Source: a virus
Taxonomy: Duplodnaviria; Caudoviricetes
Virus record (IMG/VR): IMGVR_UViG_3300022918_000016
Location: 1 to 52,569 of that record
Strand: one strand, 5' to 3'
DNA: 52,569 bases
This document shows, piece by piece, positions 9,545 to 18,154 of the stretch (positions within the stretch are counted from its first letter, which is position 1; every line of letters starts with the position of its first letter). Below the pieces are notes generated by a model that saw only the letters and a program-made list of their open reading frames with translations, was not told the origin of the DNA and did not search any database. The translations under genes were made by a program, and so were the position numbers.

Positions 9545-10286
9545 CTCTATAACCAAACACGGCTTAGACCTCATTCTAAAATCCCCTAAGCAATACTGGT
9601 ATCATTACCTACGTGAGGGCAGGGAGGAATACGCACCATCATCCGCCACGGTTTTCGATATGGCTTTGCGCGCATCGGTTTTACATAAATATGAATTTAA
9701 TAAGCTGTATGTTCGGCGACCTAATTACGACCGCAGGAAAACACTTGAAAAACACGATGATGATTTACTCATTGCTGCATGTAAAAATAACGGACAGTTT
9801 CTATTACCGGCAGAAAAATACGATACGGTTATCGAAATGACAGCCGCTATTAAGGAACATAAAACCTGCAACATATTATTCAATTCAGGCAGTTCAGGAG
9901 AAAACACAGAATTTATGCATCCTGATAGCGAAGCGGTAATTTCTATAAAACCGCATTGGGTTTCAGATAACGGATTAATCGTGAATTTAACCAGCACAAC
10001 TGATATTTCAAAAACCGCTAAAGATGCAGTGTTATTTAACAGGCATCGTAAAGCAGCGATTTTAACCGACGTATTTCATTTGCCTGTAGTTTTTGTTATT
10101 GTTGAGGAAAAACCGCCTTACAACATCGAAATATCAGTTTTAGACAGCCGAAGCTTGCAGTTGGGGCGTGAGGAATATATAGCTGCCAGTAAAATATATT
10201 CTGAATGCCTTAGTTCCGGTAAATGGGGCGGCATGAGTGAAGAAATTAAAATAATAAGTTTACCTGAATGGGTATTTAATAAGTAG
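9534..10286 (+). CDS. RecE/exonuclease VIII-like (DUF3799-type) protein, catalytic motif degenerate
   Basis: LDLILKSP..Y, FVIVEEKPPY, GREEY...C..SGKW layout; IKPHW...IVNLTST at the PD...DLK position. Confidence 0.7.
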   Translation: MQSNSITKHGLDLILKSPKQYWYHYLREGREEYAPSSATVFDMALRASVLHKYEFNKLYVRRPNYDRRKTLEKHDDDLLIAACKNNGQFLLPAEKYDTVIEMTAAIKEHKTCNILFNSGSSGENTEFMHPDSEAVISIKPHWVSDNGLIVNLTSTTDISKTAKDAVLFNRHRKAAILTDVFHLPVVFVIVEEKPPYNIEISVLDSRSLQLGREEYIAASKIYSECLSSGKWGGMSEEIKIISLPEWVFNK

Positions 10287-10484
10287 TGTTACGAGAAAAG
10301 GATTTAAAGTAGGTTATTCATTGACTCAGAAATCCACATGCGTATTGGTATATAATGTAGAAGAAAGCAATTTTATAAGTATTATTGGGTGGATAAGTCC
10401 GTGGGCGGCTAAATTTACTATGGCCGGCTATTCTGATTGCGTTGGAATATGGCAGCCCAAAGGAACTAAACAAAACCGTAAGCC

Positions 10485-10880
10485 ATGAGCGAACACATCG
10501 AAACATTCAATTCCTTCATCGGCAAGCGTGACCGTGTAGCCGTAATCGGATCACGAGGTTTCAGCGATTATAAATTATTTGCTGATAAAATACACCATTT
10601 CACTAAAAACATTGAAAATATATGCTTCATAAGTGGTGGTTGTAAAACAGGTGCGGATAACTTAATTGAAAGGTACTGCAACGATAATAATTTACCAATA
10701 CTGATATTTTACCCTAACTATGCGGAATTTGGTAAATTAGCACCTTTGAAACGTAACCATCAGATAGTGGATAACTGCGATATGCTGATTGCGTTTTGGG
10801 ATGGCGTAAGCACAGGAACAAAATATACGTTGGATTTGGTGGATGAAAAATTAATACCTAATAGAATAGTAAAAATATGA
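10485..10880 (+). CDS. SLOG superfamily protein (YspA/DUF2493-like)
   Basis: AVIGSR, ISGG..GAD, PLKRN, IAFWDG.S.GT motifs. Confidence 0.85.
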   Translation: MSEHIETFNSFIGKRDRVAVIGSRGFSDYKLFADKIHHFTKNIENICFISGGCKTGADNLIERYCNDNNLPILIFYPNYAEFGKLAPLKRNHQIVDNCDMLIAFWDGVSTGTKYTLDLVDEKLIPNRIVKI

Positions 10881-10881
10881 A

Positions 10882-11193
10882 ATGAAACGAGATAAAAATG
10901 AGTATCAGGCTAAGTATATTTATTTAACTAAGTCTATAATACCTGATAATTTCGACATACATCATATAGACGGCAATAGAAATAATAATCTTATAGATAA
11001 TTTAGTTTGTCTGCCCGTAAAGTTGCATAGTGATTATCATAAGTATTTTATGAATGGAGATTTTGAGAAATTAGAACAAACTGAATTAAACATAACCTAT
11101 TGGGTTATATTCAGAAATTATTTATTAGGTAAGCTGCATTATTTTATAGACGGCTTCAGTTACGAAAACAATAATTTAAATCCGGCGGGATAA
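10882..11193 (+). CDS. HNH endonuclease
   Basis: IHHIDGNRNNN.IDNL...H..YH. Confidence 0.85.
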   Translation: MKRDKNEYQAKYIYLTKSIIPDNFDIHHIDGNRNNNLIDNLVCLPVKLHSDYHKYFMNGDFEKLEQTELNITYWVIFRNYLLGKLHYFIDGFSYENNNLNPAG

Positions 11194-11205
11194 CGCATAA
11201 AAATT

Positions 11206-11709
11206 ATGTCAGAAATAACAGTTACAGGCAGGGTTAAATTCATTGGAGAAATGGTAACCCGAGGAACATTTAGCAGTAGGGAAATTGTAGTAACTACAGA
11301 CGAGCAATACCCGCAACACATAAATATCCAATTTGCCCAGGATAAATGCGATTATCTCGATAAATATTCTATAGGTCAGCCTGTAGAAATAGCAGTAAAT
11401 TTACGTGGCCGCGAATGGGTCAACCCACAAGGCGAAACAAAATACTTCAATACCATTCAGGGGTGGAGGATAAAGGCAGGAGAAGGAGCTGCACCACAAC
11501 AACCAGCACCCGTATTCCCTGCTCCGTGGCCGAGTGCCGCGCCCGTAAAAACATATCAGCATACCGATGCGACCATTACATTAGACAGGTATTTAGCAAC
11601 GCTAGGGTGGACTTATGATGTTTTAGTAGCTAAAGGTAAAGGTATTTGGGTTGAAGCCACACCGGGCGTGCCTGCTGCTGAGGATGATAACGATGGATTG
11701 CCATTTTAA
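11206..11709 (+). CDS. Single-stranded DNA-binding protein (DUF3127-like OB fold)
   Basis: TDEQYPQ...NLRGREW...YFNTIQGWRI; acidic C-terminus DDNDGLPF. Confidence 0.85.
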   Translation: MSEITVTGRVKFIGEMVTRGTFSSREIVVTTDEQYPQHINIQFAQDKCDYLDKYSIGQPVEIAVNLRGREWVNPQGETKYFNTIQGWRIKAGEGAAPQQPAPVFPAPWPSAAPVKTYQHTDATITLDRYLATLGWTYDVLVAKGKGIWVEATPGVPAAEDDNDGLPF

Positions 11710-11782
11710 AATGGTAATTTTTTTAAATTTATATTTTTACCTTTCTAAATAAAAACATATCTTTATATAAAATAAATAATAT

Positions 11783-12277
11783 ATGAAGATATGTTTTAAA
11801 TGCAATTTAGAATTACCATTTAGTGATTTCTATAAACACGCACAAATGAAGGATGGCTACTTAGGTAAATGCAAAACATGTACCAAAAAAGACAGTTCTG
11901 TTAATGAAGCCAAAATAAGATCTACACCCGAGGGGCTTGAAAGAGACAGGCAAAGGCATCGTGATAAATATTTTAAGCTAAACTATCGAGAGAAGCAAAA
12001 AATTTGGGATAAAGATAAACCGTGGAAACAAAGTCCTATTTATAAAAGCCTACACAAACGGTTTAAAGTACCTAAAGGTTTTGAATTGCATCATTGGAAT
12101 TATGAAGATAAATATTTAGAAGATGTATTTTTAATGACTGTTTCAGAACACAGAAAATCTCACATGCATATTAAATTAGATTTAGAAAACAAAATATTTA
12201 AAACTGATACAGGCGAATTATTAAAAACAAAATCAGACCATTTACAATACTTAATTTCAAAGGGTATTAAATTTTAA
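11783..12277 (+). CDS. HNH endonuclease with N-terminal CxxC zinc finger
   Basis: CFKC...FY...DG....CKTC; ELHHWNY...EHRKSH. Confidence 0.75.
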   Translation: MKICFKCNLELPFSDFYKHAQMKDGYLGKCKTCTKKDSSVNEAKIRSTPEGLERDRQRHRDKYFKLNYREKQKIWDKDKPWKQSPIYKSLHKRFKVPKGFELHHWNYEDKYLEDVFLMTVSEHRKSHMHIKLDLENKIFKTDTGELLKTKSDHLQYLISKGIKF

Positions 12278-12281
12278 AATT

Positions 12282-12971
12282 ATGTCAGAAAATAAACTAC
12301 CAAAAATTAATGACCTGTACAAAGATGTGCAGCTTGCTCAATCTAACGATGTATTAACCGCATTGCTTAATCAGCCTCCAAAACAGGAATGGGTAAAAAC
12401 CCATCCTTACATTGCTAATTACAAGTATCTGCCTATAGATAAGGTGGAGTTCCTGCTTAAAAAAATATTCAAGGCCTATAGAATTGAGGTTTTACGTGAG
12501 GGAACGGCCTTTAATGGTGTATACGTTATTGTTAGGGTTCATTACCAAAATCCGGTTACAGGCAATTGGGATTATCACGATGGTGTAGGAGCAAAGGAAC
12601 TACAGACCAAAAAAGGAGAATCCGCTGCTAATTTAGCGATGATAAATCCAGGCGCATTAGCAATGGCATTTCCTATAGCCAAAACAGTTGCTATAAAAGA
12701 TGCTTGTGATCATTTCGGGATGCTGTTCGGATCTGACCTTAACCGTAAGGACGTAATGAGTATCGGTGTAGATGAAAATCTGCAATCAAAAAATGCTATA
12801 GACGAAATAAACAAACTCGTTAAACAGCCTGTAACTGAAACGCACGATTTCGAAGTTATTCAGCCCGATATTGTTTCGCCTGTAAATAATTCGATTGAAG
12901 TTACTGAACCGCTGGATATTCCAGCCCCCGAACCATTGATGCCGGAATTACCAAACGATAAGGATTTTTAA
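12282..12971 (+). CDS. ssDNA-annealing recombinase (Rad52/Sak-like)
   Basis: YLPIDKVE..L..IF...DGVGA...AIKDA...FG.DLNRK; next to SSB and the RecE-like gene. Confidence 0.7.
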   Translation: MSENKLPKINDLYKDVQLAQSNDVLTALLNQPPKQEWVKTHPYIANYKYLPIDKVEFLLKKIFKAYRIEVLREGTAFNGVYVIVRVHYQNPVTGNWDYHDGVGAKELQTKKGESAANLAMINPGALAMAFPIAKTVAIKDACDHFGMLFGSDLNRKDVMSIGVDENLQSKNAIDEINKLVKQPVTETHDFEVIQPDIVSPVNNSIEVTEPLDIPAPEPLMPELPNDKDF

Positions 12972-12994
12972 AATATAATCACTATATTTACCCC

Positions 12995-13067
12995 GTCATA
13001 ATTTCTATCTAAAACCAGTTTACTGTATAGCTGCTAACATAGCCCTTATACATGAACTGGTTTTTTT
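12995..13067 (+). ncRNA. Candidate antisense sRNA 1 (5' seed GUCAUAAUUUCUAU + long terminator hairpin)
   Basis: TAtaTTTA box 12983-12990; seed complementary to 8314-8327; stem 13011-13064 plus U tract; no ORF. Confidence 0.5.
13011..13067 (+). terminator. Intrinsic terminator ending the rightward early operon
   Basis: AAAACCAGTTTA/TGAACTGGTTTT stem with inner stems, then T7. Confidence 0.8.
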
Positions 13068-13082
13068 ATTTCCATAAAATAC

Positions 13083-13114
13083 AAAACCCGACAACAATTC
13101 AATATGCCGGGCTT
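13083..13114 (-). terminator. Intrinsic terminator for leftward transcription
   Basis: Minus strand GCCCGGCA...TGTCGGGT followed by TTTGT. Confidence 0.65.
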
Positions 13115-13141
13115 CGAAACTAATTCCGTGTGGAATCAATA

Positions 13142-13366
13142 TTATTCTGCTTCTTTGAATTCGCAAACATATTCTTTCCCGGGCTTAAAAAATAATAATG
13201 CATCGGGATTTGTTATATGCATCTTTACAGAGGCATTTGGGGTATAAATGCTAAATGTTTTGTTTTCTTCCGAAGTATTTGTTACGGCAGAAAGATTAGC
13301 TTCTACATTGTTGTTTCCGTAATCTACAACAGAACCAACTTTAAATTTTGCTAAAAGTGTTTTCAT
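13142..13366 (-). CDS. Hypothetical phage protein with its own promoter (TAtaTTTG 13403-13396)
   Basis: AKFKV...ENKTF..YTP...I.NP....F.PGKEY pattern. Confidence 0.75.
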   Translation of the reverse strand: MKTLLAKFKVGSVVDYGNNNVEANLSAVTNTSEENKTFSIYTPNASVKMHITNPDALLFFKPGKEYVCEFKEAE

Positions 13367-13407
13367 TATTTGCTTAATTTTTTAAATGTTAGCTGCAAAT
13401 ATATGAA

Positions 13408-13932
13408 TTATATATTCGGATAAATAAACCCGTTTTCATTTATATATTTACCGGAATTTACCGTGTTCTGCAGTCCCTGCCAATTGTAACCGAAGGTTTT
13501 TTCAAAGTGCGGCATATCAGGAAACGATCGCCAGTCTCCGCCCCATACCCAACCAATGGACTTAAAATATTTTACTACTTCCATCCAATCGGCTATCCCG
13601 TCTTTGTCATTATCAGCCACAACACTCCATGATGCGGTTTCGAAAATCCCGTCGTTATTTTTATCTAAAAGCAACACAATGTCAAAAGCCAGCCCGTAAT
13701 TATGTATGGATTGTCCGGCTTTAGCATTCGTAACCTTATTACCTGGTTTAGTCCTTCCCTGAGCGTATAAGGCTGCTTGCTCTGTTAAACTCCTGTAGGT
13801 GTACGCAAAACGTAATCTAACGCCTTTTCCAAGTAGTTTATCGTTTACGTGCCTGTAAGCCTGTAAAACCTCATTGCGTACTTTAGGATGCATCTGCTGT
13901 ATTCGGTATATGGTTATTAAATCGTCTGCCAT
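13408..13932 (-). CDS. Endolysin, M15 (L-Ala-D-Glu) peptidase
   Basis: YRS..EQ..LYAQGRT, SIHNYGLAFD, WGGDW..F.D.PHFE. Confidence 0.92.
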   Translation of the reverse strand: MADDLITIYRIQQMHPKVRNEVLQAYRHVNDKLLGKGVRLRFAYTYRSLTEQAALYAQGRTKPGNKVTNAKAGQSIHNYGLAFDIVLLLDKNNDGIFETASWSVVADNDKDGIADWMEVVKYFKSIGWVWGGDWRSFPDMPHFEKTFGYNWQGLQNTVNSGKYINENGFIYPNI

Positions 13933-13937
13933 AATAT

Positions 13938-14309
13938 TTAATTTTTATCGTTTTTCTGATACTCCTTCAATTTATCATCCCGGTATTTATTGTAATGTAT
14001 TAAACAAACCCAAAACACAACTGCTGCAATAATCGCTATTTCAGGTCTAACATGTATTAATCCGTCTTTAAGCTGTTTCAGGTACGCCAGTATAATTACA
14101 AATACACTTAGCATTAAAGGAGGCACTGATAGCAAATATTTATTACTCATGAGCCATTCGTAGGGCTTTCGGTCTTTATGCCTTATACAGCGCATAAACA
14201 CGTACCAGTAACTGTATTTCATTCCGGACACGATGTAACTCATATAAACTATAAAAGTCATCATAAGTATAATCAATAATATGTTTGCAGCATCAATCAT
14301 GGTTTTCAT
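13938..14309 (-). CDS. Membrane protein (3 TM), holin candidate
   Basis: Three hydrophobic segments; adjacent to the endolysin. Confidence 0.65.
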   Translation of the reverse strand: MKTMIDAANILLIILMMTFIVYMSYIVSGMKYSYWYVFMRCIRHKDRKPYEWLMSNKYLLSVPPLMLSVFVIILAYLKQLKDGLIHVRPEIAIIAAVVFWVCLIHYNKYRDDKLKEYQKNDKN

Positions 14310-14694
14310 CTTTTATTTCTTCATCAGCTAATAACTTTTTTAGCATACCTTTAAAATAAGCGGTTAAACCCTGCTTAAATATTTTATCCATCAAACTTAC
14401 AATGAAAACACTAAATATACTCACAAAGAAAATATAAGTTGTTACAGGCCATTTAGTTTCAAGTAAAGGCCACATGTTTAGACCGAACCAAGATAACCCG
14501 ACAATGTACAGTATCTGAATAAGGGTTCTTGTCCATGTTAATTGTTTATTCTGTATGTCCATACCTAAGCGTATAGCGTATCCCGTAAGAGCTGCTAAAA
14601 ATATAGATAACGAAAGCATAGGAGCTTCCTGCGAGGTTTCGGATACTATTACCGTGGTAATTAATATAAATATCTTGTTTAGCATAGTTAGCAA
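14293..14694 (-). CDS. Membrane protein (3-4 TM), holin candidate
   Basis: Multiple TM segments and a charged C-terminus. Confidence 0.65.
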   Translation of the reverse strand: MLTMLNKIFILITTVIVSETSQEAPMLSLSIFLAALTGYAIRLGMDIQNKQLTWTRTLIQILYIVGLSWFGLNMWPLLETKWPVTTYIFFVSIFSVFIVSLMDKIFKQGLTAYFKGMLKKLLADEEIKDENHD

Positions 14695-14711
14695 TTACAC
14701 GGTAAAGATAA

Positions 14712-15140
14712 TTAAATTCTGTGGGTTATTTTACCCATAACGAAAACTGTTATCGTACAGTAAATTACAATAGAGAACCATGCAAAATACTGCGCTGTAT
14801 CTATCCCAAATAAAATATAGTATTCATTGGTTAGCCACATAAAAATTAACCCAGCGTAGGATGTTTTACCTATCGTGTTAAACCTCCCGCTAAACATGAA
14901 TAAAAGAAACAGCGTAGCTAATGAGGTGTTAAAAAATAAAAAACCCTGTTCGTTAAAATTTTCATATAAATTATTTACAGGCTCGTTATTGAAATACGGA
15001 AATAGCCTGTATTTACAGTAGGCTAAATACCCTATCACATTACACATATAGATAACAAAAACAACAATATTAATATCTATTTTTGTTAAATAAAATAAGC
15101 AGGCGTAAACCTGCTTAAATATATTTTTTAAACGTTCCAT
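14712..15140 (-). CDS. Polytopic membrane protein
   Basis: About four hydrophobic segments. Confidence 0.65.
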   Translation of the reverse strand: MERLKNIFKQVYACLFYLTKIDINIVVFVIYMCNVIGYLAYCKYRLFPYFNNEPVNNLYENFNEQGFLFFNTSLATLFLLFMFSGRFNTIGKTSYAGLIFMWLTNEYYILFGIDTAQYFAWFSIVIYCTITVFVMGKITHRI

Positions 15141-15442
15141 TATCTCGGGAACATTTTACGCGGGCGAATTATAGGCCATGCGTTATTTACCGAATCATAA
15201 GTTATCTCCCCTAAAGTTTCATTTCTTTTATCTGAAATTTCAACCGACTGAAATGTATCGAGAGGTAATACTTCGGTTGCATCATCGAGATAACCGTAAT
15301 ATTTAGTTCCTCCGATAAATGCTTTTTTACCTGCTGCAACTAATTTGTGCGCATCACTTTCGATAAAAACCTCTGCTACTGTGTAAGGCATAAAAATATT
15401 TTTAAAAATTGATAAAATGCGTAAATCATAAATGCTGCCCAA
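15140..15442 (-). CDS. Hypothetical protein (true start probably MPYTVA at 15391)
   Basis: ORF coupled to the downstream gene. Confidence 0.6.
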   Translation of the reverse strand: MGSIYDLRILSIFKNIFMPYTVAEVFIESDAHKLVAAGKKAFIGGTKYYGYLDDATEVLPLDTFQSVEISDKRNETLGEITYDSVNNAWPIIRPRKMFPR

Positions 15443-15457
15443 AACAGGACGGCTATT

Positions 15458-15655
15458 TTATAGGTTTTTCTGGAAAACCCCATTTCCCGGGTAATCTCGC
15501 TGAATATGTTTTGACGTTTTAATGCTGTCAGTTTGTTTTTTAAGGTCATCAGTGTTTTTGTTAATCTTGCCTGCATCACAACACCCGAAGTTTATTACTA
15601 TAACCACAACGATTACAACGGCAACCCCTGTTAAACGGCTTAGAAATTCTTTCAT
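15458..15655 (-). CDS. Small membrane protein or lipoprotein
   Basis: Hydrophobic N-terminus ending in FGC. Confidence 0.55.
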   Translation of the reverse strand: MKEFLSRLTGVAVVIVVVIVINFGCCDAGKINKNTDDLKKQTDSIKTSKHIQRDYPGNGVFQKNL

Positions 15656-15918
15656 TGTTTTTTAGCTAAATCAGAAATAGTTTCGTCTTTTTTAGTACCG
15701 CCTGTTGAAGCTCCAAAAAAGTAAGATATAACGCTGCTGGTTGTAGAAACTATAGCAATTAGTATCTGATCGTTCGGCTTAGTATGCTGCAATAGGTTTA
15801 TGAAATAATAAGTAAATCCCAATAATATAACTATTAAAGCCAGTATAGGTTTAATGTGTTCACTTAGTGTTTTCATAGAGTAGTGATTTAAAATGCAGGA
15901 GTGTATGTCCTCCTGCAT
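15652..15918 (-). CDS. Two-TM holin-like protein (likely start MKTLSEH at 15876)
   Basis: Two TM helices, YFFGAS..KKDETI tail. Confidence 0.65.
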   Translation of the reverse strand: MQEDIHSCILNHYSMKTLSEHIKPILALIVILLGFTYYFINLLQHTKPNDQILIAIVSTTSSVISYFFGASTGGTKKDETISDLAKKQ

Positions 15919-15934
15919 TTACAAATATACTAAA

Positions 15935-16342
15935 TTATTGCTTTGCTGTAATTAAAAAATCTACATCCGCGTTAGCTACGGGCGTTGTGCTTGCTAAAAG
16001 TATCTCTAAATTTAATAACGCTGGTATTACGCTCGTTTGTTGATACACTTGGCAGGTAAACCCGGACACGGTGTTATTGTATATCCTGATTAGCTGCCTG
16101 CCTGTTGATGCCTGGTTTACGATGTTAGCCTGCACGTTAGGTATTATCTGATACGGGTTAGGGTATACTACCGTAATTATCCCGGATGCGTTGCTGGTGT
16201 ACGTGTAGGGAACGGATAGTCCAGCTACAGGGGTTTCTTTAAACGATAGTCCCCACAACGAAATCATCGTAACGCATAGCAGCACTAAACCGATACTTAA
16301 AACTTTACTGAACGCATTTTTTTTCTTTACTTCTTCTTTCAT
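15935..16342 (-). CDS. Exported or tail-associated beta-rich protein
   Basis: N-terminal hydrophobic segment, beta-rich body, at the end of the tail operon. Confidence 0.55.
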   Translation of the reverse strand: MKEEVKKKNAFSKVLSIGLVLLCVTMISLWGLSFKETPVAGLSVPYTYTSNASGIITVVYPNPYQIIPNVQANIVNQASTGRQLIRIYNNTVSGFTCQVYQQTSVIPALLNLEILLASTTPVANADVDFLITAKQ

Positions 16343-16360
16343 GTTATATAAATTAATTGA

Positions 16361-17446
16361 TTAAAATGATCCCGTTTTATCAAATGCTGTACCGTTCCAT
16401 TGTACCCTAAGCCCTGAACCCTGCGTATTAAACTGAGGATTTGTAATGCCATCAACAGTACCGCCAACAGTTAGAACTCCAGTTCCTTTGTTTTTAATAA
16501 CAAACTCCATATTAGTGGTTAACCCTGTAGGAAGGGTAAATGTACCGTTTCCAGAGGTAAGTGCTACATAATAATCAGCAGTAGTTATAGTGGTATTGCC
16601 GGTAAGCATTCTAACGGGTTTATTGTTGGCTACGGCGTTTAGTTGGGATAGGTTTACTGCATGCCCTGACAGAGTACCATTCGGCACGGTTACTGGCAAT
16701 GAAAAACTTGCGCCGCTGGTAGAATTAAACGGTATAGAAGTTACAATCTGATCTAACAATACCCTGAATACACTCGTATGTACAGGACTGACACCTCCTG
16801 CAGCAACGGTATTACTACCTAAATCTAATAGTATTTTTTCGCCTGTACCGGCAGAACTTATAAATGGACTAACTAATATGCAACCAAAAGATGAATCTCC
16901 TGATTTATTTATAGTAGGCCTTAAAGCAAGCCCATGTGTCCTTCCTGTAGTTCCTGTCTGAGTTCCTGCTACTACGTTTTGATTTGCACCTGGTTGACTT
17001 GCTGAAGATATAGATCTAACCGCCCCTGAATCCCCTTGTGATGGCGAAACTATTAATTGATTACCGGCTACATCAAATATCATCCCTCCGAGAGTGCCGT
17101 TACCACCCTGTTCTGCGGTAATAGTCAAATTGCCTCCGTTTTCCCTAATAACAAACCTCCTGTAGTTAGTGCCGTCGTTATTAGTATAGAACGCAATACC
17201 CGTAGAACCAGCGTTAATTGTAATTGGATGCGTGATGCCGCTATTAGTACCGAAGCCTATACCTAATCCATTTGTTCCTTCAAATAGCTTAGTGCTTTCT
17301 GCCAATCCTGTGGCTGCGTATATCACAAACCTACCTGCAGTACCGTTTATTTGCGTTTTATCAGCTTTTAATCCTAAAGCTGTAGATAGTCCAGTTATTT
17401 CAGCTAACTGATAATCGTCTATTTGTGCGTGTTTTATTTTTGCCAT
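16361..17446 (-). CDS. Tail fiber / receptor-binding protein
   Basis: EITGLSTAL..KAD, HAVNLSQL, FTLP...IKNKGTG fiber-like motifs; rich in Gly/Thr/Ser. Confidence 0.75.
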   Translation of the reverse strand: MAKIKHAQIDDYQLAEITGLSTALGLKADKTQINGTAGRFVIYAATGLAESTKLFEGTNGLGIGFGTNSGITHPITINAGSTGIAFYTNNDGTNYRRFVIRENGGNLTITAEQGGNGTLGGMIFDVAGNQLIVSPSQGDSGAVRSISSASQPGANQNVVAGTQTGTTGRTHGLALRPTINKSGDSSFGCILVSPFISSAGTGEKILLDLGSNTVAAGGVSPVHTSVFRVLLDQIVTSIPFNSTSGASFSLPVTVPNGTLSGHAVNLSQLNAVANNKPVRMLTGNTTITTADYYVALTSGNGTFTLPTGLTTNMEFVIKNKGTGVLTVGGTVDGITNPQFNTQGSGLRVQWNGTAFDKTGSF

Positions 17447-17452
17447 GATTTA

Positions 17453-18154
17453 TTATAATTGAAATACTCCTACGAACCATATATTACTTGATGCAAATGC
17501 TGAATTCGCAGTAGTGAGCGAATACGTTCCTCTCCTTGAAAAATACAACTTCATATTTGTATTTGCTACACCTGTGTATTGCGTACCATCAGGGTTGTAG
17601 AATTTTATTTGCGCAGATACGTTATTTACCGATCCTATCCTTACATCATAAGCTGACGTGTCTCTTGCGGTTGCCTGCACATCGTAAGTAGTACCGAAAT
17701 TTTCAGTAGTAATAGTTAATACTCCCGATGCATACGACATCGTAGGGAATATATTATTAGTAGATGTAAATAAACCTGTAGTTGAATTATAGGTTATGTA
17801 ATCGGATTGGTCGCTCTTGTACATAGAAATCTCAGCACTTCCTCTCAATACTGAGCTGCCCATAGTAACACCGTTTTTGGCATAAGTTTCATCAGGGGTT
17901 GCTATAAAACTTATTATATTATCGTAGGTTTTATTATAAGTTATTACAGGCATACCTGTACCGCTTGTTGTTACGCTAAGGCATCCACTCCTGCCGTAAT
18001 GAGTGGCATCTTCTATAAATTCCCAAGTTCCGGCATTATTTCTAATAACACCCGCTATTATCTCTATAGTTCTGCCTGTTTCTCTTTGTATTGCCGGTAT
18101 TTGAGATTGAGCCGCTTGCAGCTCTGCTATTGTTATGTAAGGAACTACTACCAT
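17453..18154 (-). CDS. Tail-associated protein
   Basis: Beta-rich, Thr/Ser-rich, located in the tail module. Confidence 0.65.
   Translation of the reverse strand: MVVVPYITIAELQAAQSQIPAIQRETGRTIEIIAGVIRNNAGTWEFIEDATHYGRSGCLSVTTSGTGMPVITYNKTYDNIISFIATPDETYAKNGVTMGSSVLRGSAEISMYKSDQSDYITYNSTTGLFTSTNNIFPTMSYASGVLTITTENFGTTYDVQATARDTSAYDVRIGSVNNVSAQIKFYNPDGTQYTGVANTNMKLYFSRRGTYSLTTANSAFASSNIWFVGVFQL

Noticed and set aside
13033-13394. GCTAACAT in the sRNA 1 loop complementary to 13387-13394
   Set aside because: An 8-nt match is expected by chance, and the two sites are not on a plausible common transcript.
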